Shown here: positions 16,661 through 25,643 of the stretch, one piece after another | How positions within the stretch are numbered: the first letter of the stretch is position 1 | Layout: every line of letters starts with the position of its first letter | DNA from: Candidatus Methanophagales archaeon | Lineage (GTDB): Archaea; Halobacteriota; Syntropharchaeia; Alkanophagales; Methanospirareceae | Reading direction: 5' to 3' | NCBI GenBank assembly: GCA_030612835.1 | Contig: JAUWND010000003.1 | Span: 1 to 40,802, forward strand | DNA: 40,802 bases | The notes under the pieces: model-generated | Seen by the model: the letters and a program-made list of their open reading frames with translations, nothing else | Told to the model about the DNA's origin: nothing | Databases searched by the model: none | Translations under genes and position numbers: made by a program

Positions 16661-18586
16661 TTATCCTTTAACCTCGCTCACTCCGGATTTCCCATACGCC
16701 TTCTGCACCACTATTACATGAACGCTTGGATCAGTTACGCTTAACTGGCTGGGCGTGATCAATAGACATTCCGATTCTTTCATTGATGAAATCATCATCT
16801 TATATATCTCTTCTCGATTCCTCGGGTCCATGTGTATATCGAATTCGTCCACCGCTCGGAAAGGAGACCGGAGCAGTTGCTGGATGGCTAAAAGAAACGC
16901 CATTATCAAAGATGTCTTCTCCCCTCCACTCTGCGTATAATAATCGAACAGGACAGGGGGGGAGCCTTTGAACCCAACAAAGAGTTCTAAACCCGCGTTT
17001 TCTAGAGTGCCATCATCGGTATTAACCACCCGTGCTAACCCCGTAGCACTTATACCGGCCAGGATTTGCTTAAATGAGGCGTTGATAGAATCTAAGAGGT
17101 CCGTGATCGCTTTACGCCATATTTCCCGCCTCGATTCGAGTTCCTTAAGACCCTCTCGTTTATTCGATGCTACAATCTCCGATTTCTCTTGCAATTCATC
17201 AAACAACTTCGAATAATTAGAATATATCTCTTCCGTCTCTTCCGGTATCTTGCCCAGAGCGTCTATTCTTGCTGCCACCAAATTCAGCTCATTCTCTATT
17301 TCGCTCTGTTTCCTTTCCGTATCTATTCGTTCACCCGCTTTCTTCTTCAACGATGCTAAATCCGCCAACTTCTGATTCGCTTTCTCCAGCTCCGATTTTA
17401 TCGCTTTTATCTCCATTTCTAGCATGTCGCGCTTAAACTTAAGGACCTCTCCCTTTACACGATAAGTAATATAATCATCCAGGTTAGATTCCAGACTTCG
17501 GTCAACGGCTCCGAGTCCACTTTGCACCTTCTTTATTGCTTCTTTTAGTTCTTTCGCTCGTATACCTATCTCTTTTTGTCTTTCCTTTAGTTCAGCCGCT
17601 TCTTCCTTCTTCCCTAGTTCGCGTAGCATCTGTTCTTTCTCGCGCAGATGGTCTGTTGAAAGTACAAATATCGCCTCTTCTTTCTCTAAATGTAAAAGTT
17701 CATAAAAGTGTTCCTTAGAGTTTATCTTCCACGAGTCGAGTTTTTCCCGCCATTGATTTATCTTCTCTCTTGTATCCTCCATCTCCTCTGAGCTAGACAG
17801 AACTGCATATTCCTTCACTTCGAGCCGTTCTTCGAGCTGCTTTGATGCCGCTTCCTGTTTTATTACACGAACCCATATCGCCTCTCTCTTCAGCCATTTT
17901 CTTCGCTCCTCCAGCTCGTCCCTCTGCATATACTTCTCGTGCATCTCTTTCCAGTAGCCAAGGCTCTCTTCTGCTCGTCCTAGCAATTCGGAAATAGACT
18001 CATCTTCACTTATGATAGATTCAAGCCGGTTCTTCGCTTCTACCACCTTCTCTCGATAAGAGCCGAAGCCAACAGCATCCTCTAAAAGCTTCAGCTTCTC
18101 CTGTGGTGATGTCAAGCAGAATTGTTCCATTGTGTTTTGATGCATTATTATCAACATATTATTTGGGTCTAGGCCAAAACCCTGGAACAGCCTGGCAACT
18201 TCTTCATAGCTCACCTGCTTGTAATCCGCTTCCCACCAGTAATTCCCATCGTTCTTCAGATACCGGGACAGCAGGAAAGTATCGGCATCAGAAAAGCTTA
18301 TTGGTCTCTTTCCGTTCTTCGCTTCGTTATCGAAGACTAAAGTAATCCTTCCGAGTTCCTTTCCCCGTCTTATCAAATCCCTCAGCCGTCTACTCCGTTC
18401 GGTATATATCTGACCCAAAGCGACAGAAATAGCCAATAGAATGGATGATTTGCCCGCTCCGTTAGGACCCGAAATCAGATTGATTCCCTGCTTCAGCGGT
18501 ATCCGCGCGTATTCGTACGACATGAAATTTTCTAATATTATCTCCTTCAGCCAGATGTCGGGCTCTGAGTCGGTGGATTTCGGCAT
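16661..18586 (-). CDS. Short SMC-family ATPase with Smc5/6-like head motifs
   Basis: Walker A GPNGAGKSS, long coiled coil, signature QSGGE, Walker B/D-loop PFRAVDEFDIHMDPRNRE; 641 aa. Confidence 0.9.
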   Translation of the reverse strand: MPKSTDSEPDIWLKEIILENFMSYEYARIPLKQGINLISGPNGAGKSSILLAISVALGQIYTERSRRLRDLIRRGKELGRITLVFDNEAKNGKRPISFSDADTFLLSRYLKNDGNYWWEADYKQVSYEEVARLFQGFGLDPNNMLIIMHQNTMEQFCLTSPQEKLKLLEDAVGFGSYREKVVEAKNRLESIISEDESISELLGRAEESLGYWKEMHEKYMQRDELEERRKWLKREAIWVRVIKQEAASKQLEERLEVKEYAVLSSSEEMEDTREKINQWREKLDSWKINSKEHFYELLHLEKEEAIFVLSTDHLREKEQMLRELGKKEEAAELKERQKEIGIRAKELKEAIKKVQSGLGAVDRSLESNLDDYITYRVKGEVLKFKRDMLEMEIKAIKSELEKANQKLADLASLKKKAGERIDTERKQSEIENELNLVAARIDALGKIPEETEEIYSNYSKLFDELQEKSEIVASNKREGLKELESRREIWRKAITDLLDSINASFKQILAGISATGLARVVNTDDGTLENAGLELFVGFKGSPPVLFDYYTQSGGEKTSLIMAFLLAIQQLLRSPFRAVDEFDIHMDPRNREEIYKMMISSMKESECLLITPSQLSVTDPSVHVIVVQKAYGKSGVSEVKG

Positions 18587-18670
18587 TTTTGCGGCTTTGC
18601 TGATATGACAATTTTACTTTATGGAAGTTAAAGGTTTTATTTAACCTAACTCTAATACCACAGGGATACA

Positions 18671-19519
18671 ATGAGCGAAGAAGAAGAAAAAGCAGAAGAA
18701 AAGAACTTGAGCATTTTTCTGTGCTTAGGTATGGCTGTTTTACTCGTGCTCACACAAGTAATAGCAGTACTGCTTGCAGCACCATTTGCAGCTTCGGGCA
18801 TAAAAGCTTTTCAAGATCCGGAGTCAATATGGAATACCGTATACTTCTTTATCCTTATTATAGGGTTCACCGCACTTATACTTCTAGTGCTCAAATTTGG
18901 GGGCGATAAACTTGTTCAGTTCATAATGCTCGCTGCGGTGGCAGTAACGATGTATTATGTAATGGCTGTTCTTGTTCCTTATGGCTATGTCCCGATAGTT
19001 ATCACTATCGCACTTACTGTTCTCCTCTATATATATCCGGAATGGTATATCCTCGATGCGACAGGATTGGTAATAGGGGGCGGTGCGGCAGCGATGTTTG
19101 GTATCTCGCTTAACATAATTCCTGTAATACTCTTGATGATACTATTGGCGATATATGATGCGATTTCGGTGTATAAGACGAAGCACATGGTATCATTGGC
19201 GGAATCCATCGTGGCTATGCGATTGCCGATCCTTTTTGTTCTGCCGCGGAAGCGGAATTTCTCTATTGTGAAGAATAGCGATATGGGGGAAGCGTTCTTC
19301 ATGGGACTTGGCGATGCGATTATACCGTCTATGTTAGTTGTGTCTGCGTTTGTGAACTACACAAGTGCAGCACCTGCGTTGGGTGCGGCACTAGGCACTT
19401 TAGCGGGTTATGCGGTACTGAGCAGAATTGCAGGCCGAGGGAAGCCGCATGCCGGACTGCCGTTTCTTAATTCCGGTGCGATAATTGGGTTTGTCATAGG
19501 ACTAGCTCTGCTTGTTTGA
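18671..19519 (+). CDS. Presenilin/SPP-like intramembrane aspartyl protease (PSH)
   Basis: YD motif (AIYDAISV), GLGD, and PHAGLPFLN (PAL equivalent). Confidence 0.93.
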   Translation: MSEEEEKAEEKNLSIFLCLGMAVLLVLTQVIAVLLAAPFAASGIKAFQDPESIWNTVYFFILIIGFTALILLVLKFGGDKLVQFIMLAAVAVTMYYVMAVLVPYGYVPIVITIALTVLLYIYPEWYILDATGLVIGGGAAAMFGISLNIIPVILLMILLAIYDAISVYKTKHMVSLAESIVAMRLPILFVLPRKRNFSIVKNSDMGEAFFMGLGDAIIPSMLVVSAFVNYTSAAPALGAALGTLAGYAVLSRIAGRGKPHAGLPFLNSGAIIGFVIGLALLV

Positions 19520-19786
19520 GCCAATCTTTAGTTCTTCTTGCCATTTTGAGTTTATTATATTTGTAGAGTTTTTTTTTAGCCCATCTACGAGTCCATGAGC
19601 ATAGTTTATACAGCCAAAAGCAGTGAAGAAGTCACCTTTTTTAAGGTAATATTTCGTGTCTTCATAGTATCTCTTTGCGTTATCTACCACCTCTTTCTCA
19701 TTGCCATCGAGCGATAGGGAATCTAGCTCAGCTACGCTATCTTCAAAAAGAGCTATGTCCTTCTTTATCCGGTCTGTTTCGCTCAT
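19502..19786 (-). CDS. DUF357 domain protein
   Basis: AKRYYEDTKYYLKKGDFFTAFGCINYAHGLVD is typical of DUF357. Confidence 0.85.
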   Translation of the reverse strand: MSETDRIKKDIALFEDSVAELDSLSLDGNEKEVVDNAKRYYEDTKYYLKKGDFFTAFGCINYAHGLVDGLKKNSTNIINSKWQEELKIGSNKQS

Positions 19787-19879
19787 CCGCTCATCGCCTT
19801 TTACAACCACAAACCTGTATAGTGGGCATTTCCCCGGAGTCTGACTTAAAGTTTTGGATATTTCTTATATACTATGGCG

Positions 19880-20092
19880 TTAGTTCTTCGTTCCCCACTC
19901 ACCATTTAGCAGTCTATTTAAGGTCTCTTCAATTGGTTCATCCGAATACGTTAGTGCCAATATGCCTAGCTCCGCCGGATCAATACCGATAAATTCTACG
20001 TATTCCTCGGGCGTTAAACTGCTCAGATCCGCCCACGCTTTCTCGAAAAGATAAGTTTGTCGGGCCCTCTCTTCATCTGTGCTCATGTTCAT
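19880..20092 (-). CDS. Small acidic hypothetical protein
   Basis: 70-aa ORF with protein-like composition; no family recognised. Confidence 0.5.
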   Translation of the reverse strand: MNMSTDEERARQTYLFEKAWADLSSLTPEEYVEFIGIDPAELGILALTYSDEPIEETLNRLLNGEWGTKN

Positions 20093-20327
20093 TTTATATG
20101 TTGGAACTGGATGTATATAATATCTTTGAATTATTCGTCTGGCTATACCTTATAAACACGAGATGATACTGACTTCTAGGCGAAAATGTGGATTAATACG
20201 GCTCGCTCTGTCTCTTGAATAATTTGGAGTTCTGCAGTTTCGACCAACTCTTCTTAAAGTTGCGCGATCTGGTTGCGGATACAACGAAACGAGCAATCGT
20301 TATTATAACTTCTAACTATAAATTTAA

Positions 20328-20403
20328 TTTAGGACGCAGATTTACACGGATTTACACTGATTTGATTTTTTCTGCGTTAATCTGCGTTAATCTGTGTCAA
20401 TAA
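20328..20403. repeat. REP-like periodic palindrome, family 1 copy
   Basis: TTTAGGACGCAGATTTACACGGATTTACACTGATTT...TCTGCGTTAATCTGCGTTAATCTGTGTCAATAA. Confidence 0.9.
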
Positions 20404-20515
20404 ATATTTGATTTTAGTTTGTTCTCACTATTCGCGGTCTCACGAGCATCGAATACCTCTTCCTGAGACGAGAACATCTTACTAAATCAAATAGATGTTG
20501 ATAAGGGGCAAACAC

Positions 20516-21304
20516 CTATTGACGTCCCAGGAATTCTAGGACGACTTGTGCTAGGACGGCGGGCTTTTCTATGTATATGTTGTGCCCCACCCCTTCGAGT
20601 ATCTTCCACTGTGAACTGTGTATAGATTGATGGATCTGTTCTGATATGGCGAGCGGTGTAAATATATCCTCTCTTCCGGAGATTATCAGGGTTGGAACTG
20701 AGATCTGGGAGATTCTGCTCTTCACATTGAACTTCATGCAGGCTTCGGTTGCATGTGCGATTGCAGCAGGAGAATTGATTTTGATCCCCATTGCTTTTAC
20801 CTCCTCCATGAAGTGGGCGTTAGCAGTGACAAAATCAGGGTTAAAGGCCAGTTTTACCATCTCATCAAAGAATGTAGAATATCCACCCCTATCCAGGCTC
20901 TTACGAAGCCTAATAAAAGCCTTGTGGAGATGGACGTCAGTGTGACTGAAGGTGGAAACCAGAATGAGCGATTTAACCCTTTCCGGATGGTCAAGGACAA
21001 ACTGCTGGGCTATTGCCGCACCCATAGAAAAGCCGAGCAGGTGTGCCTGACGGATCTCCAGTTTCTGAAAGAGCGCAAAAAGATCTGCAGAGAATTGTTG
21101 GATTGAATATGGCATGTCCGGTTTCCCTGAGTCTCCATGACCTCGAACATCGGGAGCTATGGTTCGATAGTGCTTGGAAAACTCCGGCATTACCCACACC
21201 CATCCGGCCTGATCTCCGCTAAGGCCATGTATCAAGACCAGGGGGAAACCTGTTCCTTCCTCATGGTAATTGATCTCGATATCACGCACATCAACCTTTG
21301 ACAT
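20516..21304 (-). CDS. Alpha/beta fold hydrolase
   Basis: LIHG oxyanion motif, DVRGHGDS, nucleophile GFSMG, GRED acid, GH His. Confidence 0.95.
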   Translation of the reverse strand: MSKVDVRDIEINYHEEGTGFPLVLIHGLSGDQAGWVWVMPEFSKHYRTIAPDVRGHGDSGKPDMPYSIQQFSADLFALFQKLEIRQAHLLGFSMGAAIAQQFVLDHPERVKSLILVSTFSHTDVHLHKAFIRLRKSLDRGGYSTFFDEMVKLAFNPDFVTANAHFMEEVKAMGIKINSPAAIAHATEACMKFNVKSRISQISVPTLIISGREDIFTPLAISEQIHQSIHSSQWKILEGVGHNIYIEKPAVLAQVVLEFLGRQ

Positions 21305-21377
21305 TTCTATCCTCTCCTTGTCCTGTGCTTGATTCTTTTATAACGTATACTAAATAAACAAGAAGGATACGGAGAGA

Positions 21378-21668
21378 ATGGATAGTGAAGAAAAGTACAA
21401 ATATATCTTTGAAGATACAAGTTTTGAAAATCGAACTCGTGTTGATTGGATTACTGATTGCTTATTAGGTGATATACGAACTTACTTGAAAGGCATTAAG
21501 AAGATCATTTGTGAAAGCAGTGATGGAACTTCTGAAAAACCACTTGGTGGCGGTAATTTATCCGTTCCTATTCTAATTAGCTCTGCTCTTGAATTTGTAT
21601 CTGAATTGTATGCAGGTAATACCAGTTATATATTATATTTTAGGCTCTTCGCTATTTCATGTGGGTAG
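21378..21668 (+). pseudogene. Probably 3'-truncated hypothetical gene
   Basis: Protein-like for about 80 aa after a good start, then drifts into an AT-rich tail and stops. Confidence 0.45.
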
Positions 21669-21818
21669 ATGTGGTTAAGTGGCTGTTAAAGAATCCCAAA
21701 TCAGGAGAAAAAAGCGGTAGTTACCCTAAATAAGTTTTTAAAATATTAATACTATGATACCCAAACATTTATAAATGGTGAGCACAATATTTTATCAACC
21801 GGCGATGATTTTCAACCA

Positions 21819-23510
21819 ATGAGAAAACAAGGATCAAAACCAACGAAATCACGATTTGAAATCTCGAAAATATCATCAACAGCAAAAGATAACAAAAAAT
21901 CTTCCCGCAGCGAATCCACAGAGACCACACAAAAAGAACACAACGAACGATGCCCTGATTGCAAGGATACAATTGAACGAATGCTCAAACAGATTTATGG
22001 CGATGTAAAACCGAATTACAAATTTAGAACTGGCACAAATCCAGAAGATTTCAGCGATAACCCATTTTATGACGATCTCCAGAGAATATATGAAAATCTC
22101 CAGAATTATAGGGGAAACAAAAACTTTGTGATTACGGATACACTACCCAACTGCGATTATTATGTTCCGGATCTAGGATTTGTTCTGGAATTTGATGAGT
22201 CTCAACATTTTACAATGCCACGAAAAATAGCACTGCTGAGCTATCCCTATAAATCACGATCTGGCTTTTCATTGGCACAATGGATTTCTACGTGCGATAA
22301 AATCAAAGCTCATGATCCGGATCCAATATACCGTGATGAGCAGCGTGCATGGTATGACACGCTAAGAGATTTTCTGCCTGAGTTCAAAGGTCTGGAACCC
22401 ACCGTAAGGCTTTATTCAAACGAGATGCAGTGGTGTAGCTTAAATCCTGATAATCGTGATGACATTGCACACTTCAAGGCCATTATTGAAGCCAGAAGAA
22501 GAGCGATAACTAACTGGATCGCCACAGTAGTCATCAAAAGCGGCTTTTGTAGCCTGGATGCTAAGTTTAAAGCGGACCTGAATATTAATCCAATCTCCGC
22601 TAATTTAAAAGCGGAATTAGATGCTAAGAAATTCACACTTACCGCAGCTGCAACAGTCACAGAGGAGCGAACGGATAAATGGACGATACACGATGGAAAT
22701 ACGATCTATAGCGCCTATAACGAAGATGAACGGCTGACTGTTTACAAATGCCATAACGAAGACCGGCTGAACGTTCTATCTAACGTTGTACAATCCATTG
22801 TGAAACGATCTACAGGCGATGGCGTCATTCTATTCCCCGCAGGCATGTTCTATACCGAAGAAAAACCGGCAAGCACATACTATAACAGAGTACAGGAAAC
22901 GCTCATACCCGTTCTCAAACAGACAACCAGCCATATCATTGTCTGCACAGGCGTAGATAGTGCCCGGGATCAGATCGCCTTAGCAATAGACAAAACCGGC
23001 ATCATCGCTAAAGGTCGTAAATTCTACACCGCGCCAGGTGAAGATCAAATAGAACTCGCACCGAATTATTCAACAGAAGAAGACGGTAAATCGCGTAGAT
23101 TCGAGCTGAACGACACCCGCTATTACATGTGCGTCTGCTACGACATCTTTGGGCTCCGGCATAAAGACCTGCACAATCCCGGAGTAGATGTCGTCCTGAA
23201 CCTGGTGCACTGTTTCTATCAGCCTGGAAAAGGCCCGTGTGGTTTAGCACTTTTTGCTAAACACGGCCTTGCAGGCGCATCGAAACAATGGAAATGCCCC
23301 GTATTTGCTGCAGTAATCTTTTTCAAACCGAACATCCCCACGCAGTGGCCTACTGGCGTATACTGGAACCAGGGCGATAAGAGCACCCGATTCTGGCGAT
23401 ATTCGGATAACCCGATCAAACCTGCGAATAACTTTGAAACAGAAATCGAAGAAGGTGTGGCTCTGGTTAGAATGTATAAACATCCGGGATTGGTGGCTCC
23501 GGCACAATAA
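21819..23510 (+). CDS. Fusion of a PD-(D/E)xK-like nuclease domain and a carbon-nitrogen hydrolase (nitrilase-fold) domain
   Basis: N half: CDYYVPDLGFVLEFDESQHF...QRAWYDTLRD. C half: VILFPAG, RKF, CVCYD. Confidence 0.7.
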   Translation: MRKQGSKPTKSRFEISKISSTAKDNKKSSRSESTETTQKEHNERCPDCKDTIERMLKQIYGDVKPNYKFRTGTNPEDFSDNPFYDDLQRIYENLQNYRGNKNFVITDTLPNCDYYVPDLGFVLEFDESQHFTMPRKIALLSYPYKSRSGFSLAQWISTCDKIKAHDPDPIYRDEQRAWYDTLRDFLPEFKGLEPTVRLYSNEMQWCSLNPDNRDDIAHFKAIIEARRRAITNWIATVVIKSGFCSLDAKFKADLNINPISANLKAELDAKKFTLTAAATVTEERTDKWTIHDGNTIYSAYNEDERLTVYKCHNEDRLNVLSNVVQSIVKRSTGDGVILFPAGMFYTEEKPASTYYNRVQETLIPVLKQTTSHIIVCTGVDSARDQIALAIDKTGIIAKGRKFYTAPGEDQIELAPNYSTEEDGKSRRFELNDTRYYMCVCYDIFGLRHKDLHNPGVDVVLNLVHCFYQPGKGPCGLALFAKHGLAGASKQWKCPVFAAVIFFKPNIPTQWPTGVYWNQGDKSTRFWRYSDNPIKPANNFETEIEEGVALVRMYKHPGLVAPAQ

Positions 23511-23511
23511 A

Positions 23512-23566
23512 TTGTTGACACCGATTAACGCAGAAGAAATTAAATCCGTGTAAATCTGCGTCTTAG
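23512..23566. repeat. REP-like periodic palindrome, family 1 copy in reverse orientation
   Basis: TTGACACCGATTAACGCAGAAG...AAATCCGTGTAAATCTGCGTCTTA is the reverse complement of the 4985 and 20328 copies. Confidence 0.85.
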
Positions 23567-23765
23567 TTGGTAGTTATACGTTATATATAATGAGAAATTG
23601 CAAAATAAGGAAACCGCGATCGCTGCTCTGGAACTTATAGAACAGCATTTGGGTATGACATCGCCAATATATCTCTTTAAAACTAGAGATTTGTCAAAAT
23701 CAGAAAATCACAAGATAGTAGATGCCATGTTCATGCCTACAACCCCCGCTTCTGAATCGCCCTCT

Positions 23766-24185
23766 TCACCTCGCTGATGCTTTCACCACCATCGTCAACA
23801 CATTCTTGCCATCCTTAAACTCATACTTGACCTCATCCACCAGCGTCTTCATGAAATATACCCCGAGTCCACCTATCTTCCGCTCTTCTAAACTCGCATC
23901 CAGATCTGGCGGAGGGACCGACGTGGGATCAAACGGCTTACCTCTGTCTTTGATGACCACTAGGACATCCTCACCACTTCTCCGGCAGGAGATATTAATC
24001 ATGCCCACATCTACGGTGTAGCCGTAGTTGATAATGTTAGTGCATGCCTCGTCAACAGCCATTTGAATCTCGAATATCTTACGATCCGCCAACCCAAATT
24101 CACGCATCGAATCAGTGATGAAATCACCTATCACCGCTAATTTCTCCAATTTCGATTCTATCTCGAGTTCAAACAGGTCTTCCAT
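23766..24185 (-). CDS. RsbW/SpoIIAB-like anti-sigma Ser kinase (HATPase_c)
   Basis: AVDEACTNIINYGY, IKDRGKPFDP and GGLGVYFMKTLVDEV. Confidence 0.93.
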   Translation of the reverse strand: MEDLFELEIESKLEKLAVIGDFITDSMREFGLADRKIFEIQMAVDEACTNIINYGYTVDVGMINISCRRSGEDVLVVIKDRGKPFDPTSVPPPDLDASLEERKIGGLGVYFMKTLVDEVKYEFKDGKNVLTMVVKASAR

Positions 24186-24194
24186 TTGTAATAT

Positions 24195-25559
24195 TCACTC
24201 TGCCTTCAATGCCATTAACGTAATATCATCAAATTGCGGCTCATCGCCACAGAAAGCTAACACTTCCCCCTTTATCTTCTCTATCATATCATCTGCAGAT
24301 AATTCATGATTCACCTTAATAGTCCTAATGAGTCGCTCTTCCCCAAACTGCTCCATGCTCTTATTTATCGCCTCGGTCACACCATCGGTATAGAAGACGA
24401 TTATATCACCACCGTCCAGTATGATCTTTCGCTCTTCCAGTTCTATATCCTCTATTGCGCCCAGCGCGATCCCTTTCGCATCGAGCCGCATTAGAGTTCT
24501 GGTCTTCGCTTTGAAGATCACCGGTGGGTTATGCCCTGCACTGACGTATGTCAACGTCCTCTCGCTCACATCTAATACCGCATAGAATAACGTAACGAAC
24601 ATACCTGATTTCGCATCTGCCGTGATCAAACTGTTCGCATCGCGTATTACCTCACTCACGCCAGAACTACGCGTTGCTTTCGCCCGGACTATCGTTCGTG
24701 ATAGCGCCATGAAAAGTGCGGCTGGAACGCCCTTGCCAGAGACATCAGCAATCGTGAGCCCGATCTTACCTTCCGAGATAGGGATGAAATCATAGAAATC
24801 TCCGCCAACCTCTTTCGCCGGAATATTCTGTGCTGCAAGCTCGAAACCCGGTAAATCTGGTATAGCATCAGGCAAAAAGCTCTGTTGTATGTCATGTGCC
24901 ATTTTTAATTCATACCGCTTTCGTTCCAGCTCAGCGGAGTATTTATCGCGCTCTTCCGCCGTCTCCAGCTCTCTTATCCGATTTGAAATGATGTATGCGA
25001 AGAAGAACATACCCAAAGAATTGGCGAAGATCATAGGTATGCTTACTTCCTCAACTACCTTAACCGCTTCTGAATATGGGTGCGCAAGGATAAGTGCAAG
25101 AATCATGTGGACTGATTCCATAAGGGCTGCAAATAGTACTGCTCCGGGAACGCCAATGAACTTGCCTCTTCTTAATATATATATAATACCCCCGAATAGT
25201 CCTGCAAGCACGGTGGCAAGTGAGCAGGGGACGCAGGTAAAGCCACCTAAGAAGTACCGATGTATGCCACCAATCAGTCCCGCACCCAAGCCGATCACAG
25301 GCCCACCAATTAATCCTGCGATCATCGGACCAAGGTCTCGGACGCTTGCAATCGCGCCGAATATCTCTATACCGGAGTAGGTGCCGAATATAGAGACCGC
25401 ACCGAAGATTAAAATAAAAATAGCACGATTTTTTAGCGTGAATTTTTTATCCAGGATCTCTCTGAAATATTTGGTGCGTGAGATCAGATAGGCGATTACC
25501 ACAATTACACATATCTTCTCGACCAGCACAAGTAAAAGCTCGATTATGGGATATGCCAT
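24195..25559 (-). CDS. 5TM-5TMR_LYT sensor fused to a SpoIIE/RsbU PP2C phosphatase
   Basis: LytS-type SIFGTYSG...RDLGPMIAGLIGGP...GGIHRY. PP2C motifs VGGDFYD, ADVSGKG, YTDGVTEA, DDIT. Confidence 0.93.
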   Translation of the reverse strand: MAYPIIELLLVLVEKICVIVVIAYLISRTKYFREILDKKFTLKNRAIFILIFGAVSIFGTYSGIEIFGAIASVRDLGPMIAGLIGGPVIGLGAGLIGGIHRYFLGGFTCVPCSLATVLAGLFGGIIYILRRGKFIGVPGAVLFAALMESVHMILALILAHPYSEAVKVVEEVSIPMIFANSLGMFFFAYIISNRIRELETAEERDKYSAELERKRYELKMAHDIQQSFLPDAIPDLPGFELAAQNIPAKEVGGDFYDFIPISEGKIGLTIADVSGKGVPAALFMALSRTIVRAKATRSSGVSEVIRDANSLITADAKSGMFVTLFYAVLDVSERTLTYVSAGHNPPVIFKAKTRTLMRLDAKGIALGAIEDIELEERKIILDGGDIIVFYTDGVTEAINKSMEQFGEERLIRTIKVNHELSADDMIEKIKGEVLAFCGDEPQFDDITLMALKAE

Positions 25560-25643
25560 TTAATTCACCTTATATAATATAATTGACCCATATTACATTT
25601 ATTCTATAATTGTATTACTAAAGCTAATGTCTTTAAAATTACA

